Shown piece after piece: positions 47,763-62,133 of a stretch of 64,000 bases of DNA. The DNA is from Antedon mediterranea. Lineage: Eukaryota; Animalia; Echinodermata. The notes under the pieces are model-generated. The model was not told the DNA's origin. It did not search any database and was given only the letters and a program-made list of their open reading frames with translations. Position numbers and translations under genes: made by a program. The stretch is from NCBI RefSeq assembly GCF_964355755.1, contig NC_092676.1, forward strand, positions 18,122,871 to 18,186,870. Direction: 5' to 3'. The number at the start of each line of letters is the position of its first letter. The first letter of the stretch is position 1.

Positions 47763-50700
47763 ATATAAATCACAAGATATGCTACTCGATTCCATATAAG
47801 GTATGCAGAGTATGTGACTAGTCCAGGCATACATTATTTGGGACCACTGTTAATCTATTAATATTCTCGTTATTTTATTCACAAAAATACATATAAATAA
47901 TATACAGATTCATAAAATTGGCCATACCATAGCAGTAAGAACTGAATTGTGGCACAAAGTTTGATGCATAAGCACAATGTCCATTAGACTTGCCCCAAGT
48001 AGTTATTGTCTTTTTATGTTAGTTCACCAGTTGGCGTTTGGTTTTTGTCTGAAAATACCAAAATTGTGAGCGCAAGTATGAAACGCCATGTGTGCCAAAA
48101 TATTTATCTTTTATTAATTTCGGTCTAGAACCTAGACTAAATGTCCATGCAATACAAGTAAACATTATTGATAGTATCATGCAAGCACTTTTATATATTA
48201 ATCTTTGGTCAAAGTAGTGCCCCAGAAATGAATCAATATTTCGAAAGTTACCAAATAGATTTTCTTGTTTATTCGACTGGTCTTAGAAGATCTTCTCGCT
48301 ATTACTATCCAAGCGAGTAGATCTTTTGCAATTTAAGGAACTCGAATAGCAAAGCAATCAGTCGAATATGTCTACACATTTAATGTTTGTGACTATTATT
48401 TTTGTGTTAGTATTCACGTACATGTTGCTCCTTAAAGCCTGTATTCCTGTCGACATTAGTCGACGCTATCGTTAACAATAATCGGCGATCTTCTACGTAA
48501 ACATTGAAATGTTAACGATTTACAGGAAAAGGTACTCGCTATTGTCATCATTTCAACTTGATCGTTTTCAAACGATCGTCGTTGAACTGTTAACGACAGG
48601 CTTAAGATAGTTTTGATGTCAGTGCCATCCCAGGTATCCTTCTCATCATGCACTTGGTCGGTATGGTTTAATAATATGAATTGGCTAGTATCTTGAGTCT
48701 ATTTTAATATTTTTGATATATTTTATAACTAGCAATTGTCGTCGTATTTGCTTGGGAGTTTTAACGTTGAGTATAGTTCTTCCGTTGCGTACTTATTTAA
48801 CATTAGTATTTTGAGCATTGAGACTGTTCATAACGAAAAAGCTTGCATTGTTAACATTTTCTATTCGAATGATTTTCTGTTGAATACAATCCGTTTAAAA
48901 TTTACCATTTGAATACAGAACATACTCAAGGAATCTTTATGTTGACAACGAAAGTTCCCAACGACTAATGGTATATGTTATAATGTAGATAAAGTAGTAA
49001 AAAGCAATAGCAAAGCTGTGATACATATGTGATAGGCTACCAATCTTTTCAAGTTTATAATGACCTACCAATTTAAGTCCTCAATTACCTTTGTTAAAAA
49101 ATGTGACGCTTTTGTCAAAACGGTAAACATTAAATGAGAAAATCTAGTTGAAGAAAATTAAATATGAGTAGAGAATCTATATATTATTATGCTACATTTG
49201 TAGGGGTTTTAAAACTTTTGGGTATATTAAATTTTAAGCACATGAATAAATATAATACAAGTTGAATTGGATATTATCCCATTATATTAAAAGTAGGCTG
49301 TTTTAATGTCATATACTTATTACCTACTGTGATGTAATTGTACTAAAAAGGACATTTGAGAGTACTTTTGGGTGGGACTCAGCATGGTGTTAAAGGGTAA
49401 AGCTTGGTTCCCACTAGCACACAACATTTATTAATTGTGTTGATTGGTCAACTACGTCCCTAGTGGGAAACAAGTTTTACTAAAAGCTGTAGAGAAAAAT
49501 AACTTTCAAACTTGTCAAGTTCCTTTTATTTACAATTTCTATACAGTTTTGAAAAATTAAATATACACTATCTTCTACTGAAGTTATAATACAGTATAAA
49601 AAACAAACTATAGGTCAACAGAGTAATGAAATGTAATGTTTAACATACCATTAAAGGATAGTTACAGGTTTGAAATTGTTATTGTTCATTGTAAGATATA
49701 AAACTTTTGCAACAGCATTGAAAACTCCACTTACCACATAAAATAAATGGAGTTATTATCAATGCTGTTGCAAGGGTTTATAATAGACAGTAGAAATGTT
49801 ATGCCTGGAGCTACCCTTTAAGTTATAAGCATCCTTCAGATATACTATACAGTGTATATTTCTATGGCTTCCCTCTAAATCTGTACTATTGTGTGCAAGA
49901 AGCATATTTTTTTTACACTAGTAGCCCATTCATGTACTGTAGCCCAGCAAACTCCAGACACCGGGGTGTCAGGTGTTCTGTATGGTGTGCACACCAGTGT
50001 TTGTTGGGCAATTTAGGGGTAGTCAAGGCTGTACGCATATACAAGGGATTAATCAACAAAGGAAAAGCTACATCTGCCAAGTATGCAAATGACCAAATGT
50101 CAATATGTCAGAATAAGATGGCTCTTGTGCACTAGTACTATATAAAGCTATTTAAATTAACTATTATAATTTATTAGTACCATTTATACCAGAATATAAT
50201 TTTGGTACACATTTTCCATAAAATATTATATGAAGGCTATGTATGTTTTTACAAATGCTGACAGTTTTCAAATAATCTATTGTATATTTGAGCAAGTCAT
50301 AAAATTTAAAAATTATCCAATGAGCCTTCCACAAATAAAAATAAATTATATGACCAACAGATTAGCTTTATAAAATAATATCTTTATTTATAATATAAAA
50401 TTTTGAACAACACAAACTCTGGCAAAAAAAAAAAGATTTCTGATATAAAACACATCGTTCATGATGTCTATAAGCAGAAAAAATATTCTCTTCAAATTTG
50501 GTATAACTAAACAACTAGTATTTAAATCAGTAGTTCTCAACAATTTTGAACTGTGCCCCCACCCTCTCCTCCACTTGCAGGCTTCCACAGATGTAGCCTG
50601 CAAGCTAACCCTTTTGAGAACCCAGGATCCAAATGCTTGTTGGAGCAAGGCAATCTAACAACAGGACACTGAGCTCGCCTTGCCAAGATAGGAACTCGTC

Positions 50701-50899
50701 TTTTGTCTGGGTGCAACAAATACCAATAGTACTATGTACATATTCTCTTAAGGAACTGATTGTTTTGCAGCCACAGACAAACCCTTTGATCTCCGGAGCT
50801 CAGCATCCTGTTATTAGATTGCCTTGGTTGGATTATCTGCTATTCTACCAGTTAAAAGCAAGTATAAGATTTGATATACATCTTCCATTGACAATCTTT

Positions 50900-53800
50900 T
50901 CAGTCACAGTATTTCAAGCCTGACAAAAACTTATCAACATCCATATTCTTTGGAAATCCTTTCCTCTTCTTAGTTGATTTCTGTGTATAAAAAAGCAATA
51001 TTTGTTATTGAATTAGATCTAAAAAGAAGTATTTTTATGTGGAGAGACTCTCGACTGTTATTTTTGTTATAACATTTAGGTTATCCTGCCTCATTGATTT
51101 ACTTTTGTTCTGTTTTCAGAAATGATAAAATACCATAAAAGAAGCCCATCTCGAAAAAAATGAGGGTTTTCACTGTACCTTTTCAGTCTTGGAGTTTCTT
51201 TTCCTCTTTTGTCCTGCTCCACGAACATCTTCATTTATTTTCTGTTTCCTTGGGCTTTTTTTTATCCCTCCTGTTTCTATTCCAGGCGTCACATTAGATA
51301 TCATAGGTACTGCAGGAGTTAATCTAGATATTAATCCAGGTGGCTCACCAGGTGTTTTTGGTTTGTGAAGAGCAGTGGTATACAGCTGCTCATTTTTCTC
51401 CTGCATAAATTTACTTGGGGATGATGAGGCCATGTCCATCAGCAGTTGAGCTGCTTCGTTGACCTCTTGGTCAATATTATGACTAACATCTGGTGAGTTC
51501 AAAGTGATACAGTCAACTTCCCCAAATGACACATGTTTCAACTCTGGTGGTGCACTTTCAGTCTGCCTAAGTGAGCTTTTTAATTTCTTTCCCTTTTGAA
51601 CAGGAGAATCTTTAAGTTTCTTGTTAGCAGGAGAGACATTTGGTTTATTTCTGTTTTTAGCTGGAGAACCTACCACAGCTTGACACGCAGTCTTTTTATT
51701 ATACCGTTTTCTTGGAGACTTTTTAGTCTTTTTCTCTTCCGGTTTCAATTTTCTTCCAGGTGATTTTGACTTTTCAGTTGGTGATGCCTTCTTTCTGGGT
51801 GATCTTCTTACACTTTGTTTTAACTTAGGACTTTTAAAAGGACTTTTCTCAATTGTTGTTTCACATAAATCACTTGTACTATCTGGCAATGGTCTTTTTT
51901 TAAAAGGCAAATCTTCACCCAATTTTTTTGGTGTATTTGTCTTTATCTCCTCATTATTGTTTATGACGATACTTTTCTCTTCAGCTGGAGAATTTTTATT
52001 AGTCTTATTTGAAACTTGTTTCTTTGTATTCCCTTTTCTTTTTGTTTTTCGCCCTTTAGTTACTTTTACTTTGTCCTCGAATGTAGGATCATTATCCTCA
52101 AAATCAAGAATTCGAATATGAGAGTGGCTAGATAAATCTTGTTTCCGCAACCTTACTCGACCTTTACTTGCACTACCTTGACTAACATTTGGAGAAGACT
52201 CCAAAGGTGATTGTGAAGTATCAGCATTCACCTCTTGCAAAGACGTAACGCCATCTAATGTTCTTCTTACCACTACCTTAACTGGTGTCTGAATGATGTT
52301 TATACATTCTTGAGAACTTGCAGTTTGTATGGCATGCAGATCCATAAGATCAATAGTTTGCAGTTTATTAGTATTCTTGTTTTCTACAACTGGTTTCTCC
52401 ACAGCGGACATAAATACAGAATTATGGGGATATTTTTCAGAGTTCACAGGAATCGGTCTTATTCTGCGCTTACCACGGTTTGATTTTTTGACTGGTTTGT
52501 TCAGTTTGGTAGACATTAAGGCATCATTTTCTTTTACTCTCAAAGCAGTGAACAATTCTGATTTACTTGCTACAGACGAGATGATGTTAGATGCATTACT
52601 GTTTCCATACTCCAAATTTGATATATTTACTCCTGTTTTAGTAGGATTAGATGCTAAATTCTGGATAGTAAAAGATGACTCATTTTGGCTGAACGGTATA
52701 ACAGAAAAATTTGAAATCTTAGAGAAAATATTAGAATTATCAAGACTGCTGCTATCTCCATTATGCGGAATGTATGAGATAGGAATTGGTGCTGATGCTT
52801 GTTCAGATGGACCAATCAAAATTGGATCGATAAGACAAGGAATATTGATTACCTGGTTAACTGAATTTAATTGCGAACCAGCAGGTAATATAGGCCTTTG
52901 TTTAAAATGTGTGGAAGCCTGCTGTTGCCACCTTTTCCGATAGTTCATCGAAGTTAGAGACTTTGTACAAGGTGTTGGGTTATCTGCAGCGGTTTTTGGA
53001 CGAATAACAGAATTATATGTATTCACAACTTCTACAGGACAGCTGTATACAATTTGCGGTTCAGACTTGTGAGAAATGTTAATTATAGGCGCCAATGATA
53101 TACTTTGGTTAACTGCTGCTGACACTCCTAAAGGTTTAAAATTATTACATTGACCTATCTGTGCTTGTTCAGTATCTGCAACTTCATAGTAACTACCTGA
53201 TTGGGCTGACATTTCTGATGGTTTTAATTCATAATTAAATTGAGCTGGGTCTAACTGAGCATGGTCAGTTTCTGCAGCAACCTCTGATACTTCATAATAA
53301 TTAGCTTCTGACTGAACTGGTATTATTTCTGCTGACAACATTAATGGTCTTAAATTATGACATTGATCAGGTTGAGTTTCAGTTACTGGAACTTCAAAAT
53401 GACAACCACTTGAATCAACTGGCACAATTTCTGGTACCATTTCTGCAGACGCTTTGTTTAAACCATGACATGGTTCAGACTGAACTTGTTCAGTTTCTGC
53501 TGTCACTCCCAAGACCTTAAAATCACAACTGTCTGTTTGAACAAGTTCTGCTGAAACATCTGATGGTTTTAGTTGATTATTACATCCAGTGGATTGAATA
53601 GATCCTGTTGCTGTTTTCACCTCAGATGGTTTATATTCAAAACCACTAGTGGATGATACATCTGTGTAACAACTAAGTTTAGGTTCATTGTTTTCTTGAC
53701 TTGGTGTTGTATTTTCTTTCACCGCAACTTTTTTCTTTGGAGATGGCCTTGTTTTCAAAATCTGGTTTAGTTTTACCGGAGATCTAGATTCTTCCATAGC

Positions 53801-56800
53801 ACAAGCAAGAATTTTAGCAGCAAAAGACACTGATGATGTACTTTCTTTTACCTCTGAAGGAAGATCATTGGAAGTTGTTCTTCCTTCATCTCCATTTCTT
53901 AAAGCAAATTCATTGTCTGATTTTGAGTTATTGCAATAAAGATCTCTGCAAACAGACCTCGAAATAGTTGTTGTGCATCTCTTGCCCTGTTGGTTGTGAA
54001 TACTGTTCTTCTCATTTATTGGGCTAAATTCTGGAAATGTTTCAAAACATTTTAAAGAACTGCTTGTTTTGTTTCTTTCTACTTTGTCTTTCAAACCTTT
54101 GAGTTTATTATCACGTTCAGTTATTGTTGCCTGAACAGTGGTTTCTGTACTTGACTGTAAGTTCATGCCTTGTATTTTGTTGTTTTTAGAAGATAAACAT
54201 CTCTCTGATGGTTCAACGTTTTCTTGAGATAATTTTGTTAGTTTTACATTTCTTGAAATATGTTTTTCATTTAAATGAGGAATATCCAACATTGATGTTT
54301 GATTGCAATTACTCCTTTTTTCAGAATTCGCATTTATATTTTCATAACAATTTGAGTCAATTGGTGAATTCTCTTTTGTTTTTAATTTCTTCTTGCCTTC
54401 TTCAGAATCTGATACTTTAGGTAAAACACTGTTAGTTTTTCTAGCAGTAAATGGTGAGGTTCGAGCACATGTTTCTTGTTTCTTTGGTGTACCTGTTGAC
54501 ATCATCACAATACTCGATGGTTCTAAGAAAAGAAAATATTTGTATATAATGTGCTTTAAGATTCAATGTAATATTTATTAAGAATATTAATGAATGAAAT
54601 ATATAAATAAAACATTTATTTGATTAAAAATATTTTTTAGGTATAAAGCAGGACTTGTATAAACAGAACTAAATTACACTTTTAAGCATATATACAATGC
54701 ACTGTATGTGCCATGGATAGTAGAAAATGTGTTTTGAATAGGTGAGTCTAAGTATAGATGGATCAACACCCAATAGGCTAAATAATATTTCAATAGGACC
54801 AAAAATTGCTTGAAAAGGCAAAGATAAAGTTGATATAAAATGTTACAACATGAAAAAACAGTTAACAAAAACTTTATTTTACCTAAAACATCTTTTTTAG
54901 ATGGCTTGCGTGATTTTCGCCTACGTCCTGAATTGTCGGGTACATCGCTGGATTCTTCCAGTGGTTTGTCCAATAAGCCACTAGTGGTAGGCTTATCTGG
55001 CATGCCACTATTCGTAGGCTTATCTAGCAAGCCGCTAGTGGTGGGCTTATCTAACAGGTCACTTCTGATTGGCTCATCTAGCAAGCCACTAGTGGTAGGC
55101 TTATCTAGTAAACCACTAGTGGGGAGTTTATCTAGCAAGCCACTAGCGCTGGGATTATCTAGAACACCACTAGTAGAGGGATTATCTAGCAATCCACTGG
55201 CGGGTTTCTCTGGCGAGTTGGGTATCAATGCTGAATTACTGCATTCATTAAATAAAAATGATTTTGTAGGCGACAAATGCTGTGTGTTATTCATTTCATT
55301 TGAAGCTAAAACATTATCTGTGCAAAGAAAAAAAAAGCAAATACATAAAATATTTTGCTACAAAAGTTATTAAAATAAATAATACATATCAACTTTTTTA
55401 TGGAACTGGTCTTGAAAGATTAAAATTCATAAAATTCATAAAATTACCATCTGTAAGTGACTTTTCTCTTTGATTTAGGTGTTCTTGCAAAAACTCTTGC
55501 TTACTGATGTTGAATAAATTAAACAAGCCTTCAAATGCTGGGTCAACTGTCGTCATATTTACAATATCTTGAATAGTGTCCTCAGAAAGGTGAGCATCCA
55601 AGAAGCTGTCTGTAAACACTTTCCGACTTTCTACTTCTGGCGGGTCCAGTGGTTTGATAGGAGTTGAAATTGTTGGCTGGTTGTTTTCACTATATGAGTA
55701 AAATAAATAAATGGTATTATCTCTTAGTGTACGTGAAGTCTGTAATCCGATTGGTCATTATGTACGAGATATTTCCAGTATTCCGTGAACAAGCAGGGTG
55801 TAACTAACAATATGCTCATTTGGTAGAGTTGGGGATTACCCCAGTACTGGTCCATCTCAGCCTCCCTTGTTATGGACAGACAAATGAGTAACATTTGGTG
55901 GCAGCTTCATGATAATAGGCAGGTTAAAAGATGTTGTAAAGTATTCGTCCACACCTGTGTGTAGTCCAATTAGGACTACAAGATCACCCTGCGACCTCTA
56001 TCTGACAAGGTGTTCTAACCTTTAGGTCACAGAGGCTTCAAGCTTGAATAAGTTTAAATACCTAATATAATCATATATCTATAATATATTTTAATCACAA
56101 ATAAAAATTGTTTAAAAACCTTGGAAGAGCTTTGTTAATGTTTTCTGCCAGTTTTTGCTGTAGGTAGGAGTCACTAAGCAACTTTTCAAGTAACATTGGA
56201 AATTCTTTGAGATCATCCTCTCCAAGGCTGATGCTCGTGCCATCCTCTCCAGTCTTTACGCTTGTATCCTTACTAAAATGTAATGACAATGAGGTATACT
56301 ATGGTTCTTAAAAAGAAGGAAATGCTTATTGCTTCTATGTAACAGGGTTCGCCATCACTGTTTAAGGTCTAATTTGTACAAAGCTCATAGACAGGATGTT
56401 TTTTCTGAATTGCCCTTTTCAAACTAGAGACTAGCAGCAGATGTGATGGTAAAGAGGCCTAAACTAGCCTTGCTGATGACGAGTTCTTGCACCTTTAGTG
56501 GAACCCCCACTCCCTTTTTAACAAAACCTGGCTACGGGCTTGTGTATATAGACCCAATGTTCTTCATACAATTTAATAAGGCACAAAACAAAGGCTGGAT
56601 ATCAAACCCAAGCCTTACATGACTATTTGCTTGTTCTAATGCATCTAATTCTCTAATGTAATTATTTTTAGTTGAGTTTTACTCACTCTTTATCTTTATC
56701 TGCTTGTCGGCCAATGACTGTGTCTGTATTCTTCTGGTTAGATTCATCTGATTTAATAAAAATGATATATGCAGATTTAGTAACACTCTACCAGGTGATT

Positions 56801-59800
56801 TCACAACAAAAACTTATTTTTGGTTCCCACTAAGACGCAACGCAAGGTTTGAATAATCCATCTCTTGTGATTGGTCAAATTACCTGCGTTGCACTTACGT
56901 CTTTCTTGTTGTGTCATAGTGGGAATCAAGCTTTAGTTAACACAAACTAATTGTTCTATTGAGAGGGTATTTTTTCATGTTTTTTTCTTTTTCTTCACAA
57001 GACTTTGTATCAAATAGCAAATGGTGATAATTTTCATAATTTTCTTTTTAAAAAATTGTACTGTATTAAGTAATTCCAAAACAAAGAATGAATTGATGTA
57101 GCACGACAAAAAAAAAAACAAAAGTAAGATGACAATAAAAATAATTCTGCAATGAGTAAAAAAACCCTCCAGCAGATTTATCTTAAAAGTGCATTATTTC
57201 ATTCAAACAATTAAAATATTCTTTAAATAAATTATATAGAACCCTCAACTTGTTATTACTTGTTATTGTCATAATAAAACTCACATAGTTTTTCTGGAGA
57301 AGGTTGAATGGGTGGTGAAGCACTAATGTAATCCATTTCTTGTACTTCATTTGCATATTGATTGGATGATTGTATACAACTGGTTTCCAGATCAGCAAAC
57401 TGATTAACTGTCTCATCAGGCAGTTGATTGGCTGATAGATGACTGTTCTGATTGGTTAATATTACTGAACTTTGATCATTTGCTAAATGAATATTATGAC
57501 TGGTTACTGATCCTGACTTCTGACCTCCTGCCGGATTCAAAGTATCACTGCTAGATACACTCTCACTTGTAATATACTGTCGAGTATTACAAAAATTTGC
57601 AGGATCTACCACAATTCTGTCAACATTTGATGGCACAACAGGCAAGCCTTCGGATGGCAGCCGTGTAGAAGCTAAACAAGGAATAAATACAATACTAATC
57701 ATTTAAATTTACAGACTTTCGGTGTGTGTATTATGTTCCTATTATACATATTGTAGGGCTGTATCCATAATAAATAAATCAAAAAGTTCAACGTCATCAC
57801 ATTTAATTTTTTTATGTAAAAGATCAAATGATAAAGTTTTAATAACTAAATGATTTTTTCCAAGATGAAGGCATACTTGACTGAGTGAATTTTAAAGTTA
57901 CCAGTTTGTGATTGTAAACTCCTAGAAACATTGTTTGACCTCTGACTCGAATGACTGGCAGTTTCAGGTGGGTCAATGATTACAGCGCCTGGTGGAATGT
58001 CAGAGTATGTAATCGTCAAAGGTAGAACAGGGTTTCGCTTTTTTAACCTTGCAGCTTTAGCATCCTTCTCTTGTTGCAGGCGAAGCAATTGAAGTTTTTT
58101 CATAGCAAAGCCTGTATGAAAAAATAAATTGACAAAAACATAACTTTTTACTGTAATTGTAAATGTTGGGTGTTGTTAAGCTTTGTCTAACTAAAAGTGT
58201 GATATGGGTTAGGGTTATGCCTAAATATGGTAGTGATATGCCCAAATATGGTAGTGATATGACATCAGTGTTAGTTTGATAATGTAAACAGAGATTTAGA
58301 GACTTTCAGTTGGGCTTTTAAAAACTATATTCACAATCAGATTGATATCACTTTTTTGAATAAGTATAAAGCTGATTTAACACAAAGTAAAAAGTATTTA
58401 ACTATTCCAAATAAAGCAGACATTTACCTGCTATTTGATTTGTACAGATATATAAAGTTTGGATAGCACACATGTAAGCTTAGAAACATTTTGCAGAGGA
58501 TCTAGTTAAGCTCTGTCCACAATATCAAACTTTAGGTGACAAAAAAATGTGTTCCCATACGGACATGATGACATCACATCACTACCATATTATATATGTC
58601 ACACTTTTTTTTGTCAAACTACTTTGATAGTGTGGACAGAGCTTTAGAAACAATATCTTACATTGATTTCTTCCTTGAAAAGGTTTTAGGAACGCTTCGG
58701 AATTAATCTCACTAGGTAAAAGAAACAAATGAACAGTTTATTATAACCAGAAATAAATTGCAATAATCTACTTTCACATATCATCTGGATTCTGTCCGGC
58801 GTCCTGAGAAAAATATCATGGAAAATGGGTTCAGTGGTAAAGAATAAGATAATTTGTAGGATTTGAATCTGTACCTGATTCAGATTTTGAATTTGGAGGG
58901 ATTGATCAAGAAGTCATTTGTTTCTAGAATCATATGATTGCTTTCTTTTGACCAATCAACAGTCAGCATGGCCAACGCTCACAATATATCAGGGCGCCGG
59001 TACTGAATGCGGGGCCGATGTGAAAGTAGCTTAAGAGTGTTAGAACAACCGTGTAAGATTTAGTCATTAAACCTCCCAAAACAGCTTATGATATTAGTTA
59101 TGTATAAGATAGGACTTTCGCAAGGTCTTATGACTTTAGATCTAAGTTTGAGGTGGTACAGGAACAGAACATTCTTCTTCTTAACCTATTTCTTTCCACT
59201 GCAGGACGAATGCCTCTTCATCAATTGACCATTAACTTCTGTCTCTAGCAACTCTTTGCCATGCAATGCCACCATGTGTTGTTAGTTCATCCCTCCATCT
59301 CATCTTGTCTACAGGAACAGAACATTAGATCATTCTAAATAACTTACCTTTCATTATGTAATTCTAAAATGTCCTGTTTATTCTTTTGTTGTTTCTTCTT
59401 TCTTTTTACTAATGTAAAAAACACAAAAAGCATATACATTAACCAGCTTTAACAGTGGATTTAAAAAAAAAAGAATGACATCACACAATGCCTCACATGT
59501 CTCTTCTTTAGTTTACTATTCTTTAGTTTACTAAGATGACACCCTATTTGACCTGCGTAAAATGAGTTTTAGCTAAAAATATACCTTCCCTGCATGTAAG
59601 ATACTGTAAATTCACAGAAACATATAGTTGTACTATAATATTTTTTGAACATTGTTAGGATTTCAATGGCAAAGTTTGTTTATAGCAAAGGTGGTTTATC
59701 CAAGATCTTCAATTATGTGATAAAGACAATGATGATGTTGTAGTGTAGTGGTATTAAAAGTATCTCGTTAAAACTTAAAATAATCAACATTGGCCGAAAC

Positions 59801-61247
59801 ATTGACATCTCTAACTAAAGTCAGTTAATAAAGAAAAATGACTAGTTTTTTAAATGTATTTAAAAGAAATTGTTAATGTAAATTAAACTCTAAAAATACT
59901 CACAGGCTAACTTGTTAACTGAATATTCATGCAGTATAGTAGTTAGGCTCTTGTCTGCTAAAGGCTGCAATATAATAAAATACTTATGATTAACACAATA
60001 CAATCAATGACTTAAGCTACACTATCAAACTTTATGTGACAAAAAAAATGTATATGGACATGATATAATATCACTACCACATATAAGCATATAATTACCA
60101 TATTTTGGCACATCACCCTTTTTTTGTCAAACCAATTTAACCAAAAAAATAGTGTAGACAGAGCTTAATATGGTAATTATTAATTTTCTAAAGGAATTGT
60201 AGAGGATTGATTAAAATAATTTGTTGGTGATGCCAAAAAGTGACACTTACTGCGTAATGGTCTGAAAAAAAAAATGCCTAAATGGCTAGGCTTATACCAT
60301 GCTTGAAAGTTTCTGGAATTATCCATTGTTTATTACTGAAAGTAGCCAGGTAGCAAATTTGGTATTGGATATCCCCAGATGATGTATGTTAAAGATTTTT
60401 TGTATAGCTTATTATTAGCATATATACTGCACTTTATACAGTATAATTAAAATCATTATAGAACACCCTATTGTGAGAAATTTTATATATATATAAATAC
60501 AGAAATTTTGTTTTTTTAACTTGGGACCTCTGGATAACCAAATGTAGTTACATTTGAAAAAAAACCCTGGAATTGCGTTTTGTACCATAAACTTTACTTT
60601 ATCACCGTTTTATTCTTACCAAAATATCTTTAATATCTGCACTATTCTGGTGAATGTAATCAGAAATGGCTGCCACATGATTACATTCTAGTAAAAATGT
60701 TTCACAAGACTTTTCATAGCCTTCACTTCCCAGATAGTCTGCAAAAGATAAACAAAAATAAAAAACTCTTCTCTCTACTGTTTTATTTCAAAGCTACCCT
60801 GGTAGCAAAATGGAAATAATAAAATAATAAATGAAACGATTTTGTGTTATAATATTTCAGGGTAATAATAAATAATTTCAATTTATATGCTATAAATAAA
60901 CTTCATTAAACAAGATTACCCTTGACTATCATTAAAATCGTGAGGAATTTTGATTTTTATACAGGAGGTATATTTCTGTGTCCTATGATTGGTCAGTTTG
61001 ATTGACATCTGCACATTTCTACACTTTTTGTTTTTTTTTAGTTATTCAATTAATGTCTGGGTCAAACTTTTCAAGTCAAGTTTATGGTACGGGTACGAGT
61101 AGATTTTGCTGCGTTACCAAACTAAACTTTGTTTTAGAGATCGTTTGCATTGGACAATTTACAAAAAAGTGCAGTAGGAAATTATTAGCGTAGTTGTATG
61201 TACATACCTAACACCAGTCTGGCAACATCAGCTGGTAAAAAAAGCAT
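50900..61247 (-). CDS. NPAT: Protein NPAT (histone locus body / histone gene transcription coactivator), ~1747 aa
   Basis: 13 phase-consistent exons: 61247-61208, 60738-60620, 59964-59904, 59408-59348, 58711-58662, 58111-57902, 57671-57285, 56747-56687, 56272-56120, 55689-55448, 55317-54883, 54522-51179, 50980-50900 (5244 nt). NPAT signatures: LisH MLFLPADVARLVLDYL, KSLTTILHEY, LQQKLAENINK, HLSEDTIQDIV...DPAFEGLFNLF, HIRILDF, many S/TPxK CDK sites, and C-terminal FPKNMDVDKFLSGLKY. The small non-conserved exons are less certain. Confidence 0.93.
54958..55200 (-). repeat. Coding 27-bp tandem repeat (9 x SGLLDKPTT-like) in an NPAT exon
   Basis: SGLLDNPST/SGVLDNPSA/SGLLDKLPT/SGLLDKPTT/SGLLDEPIR/SDLLDKPTT/SGLLDKPTN/SGMPDKPTT/SGLLDKPLE. 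Confidence 0.9.
58509..58643. mobile_element. Harbinger/Tourist-like MITE, TTA TSD
   Basis: TTA|agctctgtccaca ... agtgtggacagagct|TTA; a degenerate copy lies at 58179-58295. Confidence 0.9.
59174..59309 (-). mobile_element. 5'-truncated RTE-clade LINE 3' end (136 bp) with 17-bp TSD
   Basis: TSD tacaggaacagaacatt at 59157-59173 and 59310-59326; the insert translates KMRWRDELTTHGGIAWQRVARDRS*WSIDEEAFVLQWKEIG* and ends in an (AAG)n tail. Confidence 0.9.
60015..60165. mobile_element. Harbinger/Tourist-like MITE copy
   Basis: agctacactatcaaacttt ... tagtgtagacagagct|taa. Confidence 0.85.
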
Positions 61248-62133
61248 GGTGACAGTTGGCTGCAATACAGGTACTGACGTAAAACTACTGTGATTTACTC
61301 ACTTTAACATCACTCAGTACAGTAAAACATACATTGCTATGAAAAGTAAAATTTGTATGCATTTAAATAACAAGAAATACAATTTGTTAGCGGTAGCACT
61401 GTAGTGTAATATCAATAGAAGGCCCCTCAAATAATCACACTTTTTAAAAGTCACCACAACAAAACAGTGCTATCGGCCAGAGTGCATGATGGGTAATCCT
61501 CATCAGGGCTTTATGTTTACCTTCCTTGTTACTTTGTTGTGTTAAAATTGAGCAGTGCAATTTGAAATTGCGCAATGCATAATGTCAAATTGTGGCGTAC
61601 AAAGATTTTGCCACTACTCCCCTCGCACCTCAATCTCCCGAGCTTAACCAAAGTTAAAACCATTCACCCACTGACAAAATAAGAGGTGATGGCGAGTCAT
61701 ATTGTTTTGTGATTGTGAATGAAAATTCCCAGCAATTTCAAATGGCACAGGCTGGGCTCTACAGTTTAACTTAACAGATGTCCACCACCTAACAACCCAA
61801 CCTCTACTTTATTAGCCTAGCTAGGGGCGAAACTCTAGGCCTAAGCCTAGACCTAGGCTAGCCTACTAGGCTTATAATATACTTTAGTCTATAGACACAG
61901 GGGCACCACTACTACTAGGCAGCCTCTTTTTTTAGGCCAATTTATTAGGCCTAGGCCTAGGCCCTACTAGCTAGGCCCCTCTAACTAATAATAATAAATA
62001 GGCTAGCCTATGTCTAGGCTTATTAGACTACCGTTTTCCACGGAGCTAGCTTTACAAGCCTAGTAGGCTAGCGTAGCTAAGCAGGCTTCTGAGGCTCCAG
62101 GTAGTAACACCAAACTAACTTTATTTATTGTAC

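Noticed and set aside
48000-49000. Possible viral or Polinton coding fragment between YARS1 and NPAT
   Set aside because: No sustained ORF or recognisable motif on either strand.
52329-55373. Plus-strand ORFs of 204 aa and 177 aa
   Set aside because: Antisense shadows of NPAT exons and the 27-bp repeat.
58428-58501. Extra NPAT exon (tag...cag|gtaaat)
   Set aside because: In-frame TAG in the required phase; the flanking exons already join in frame.
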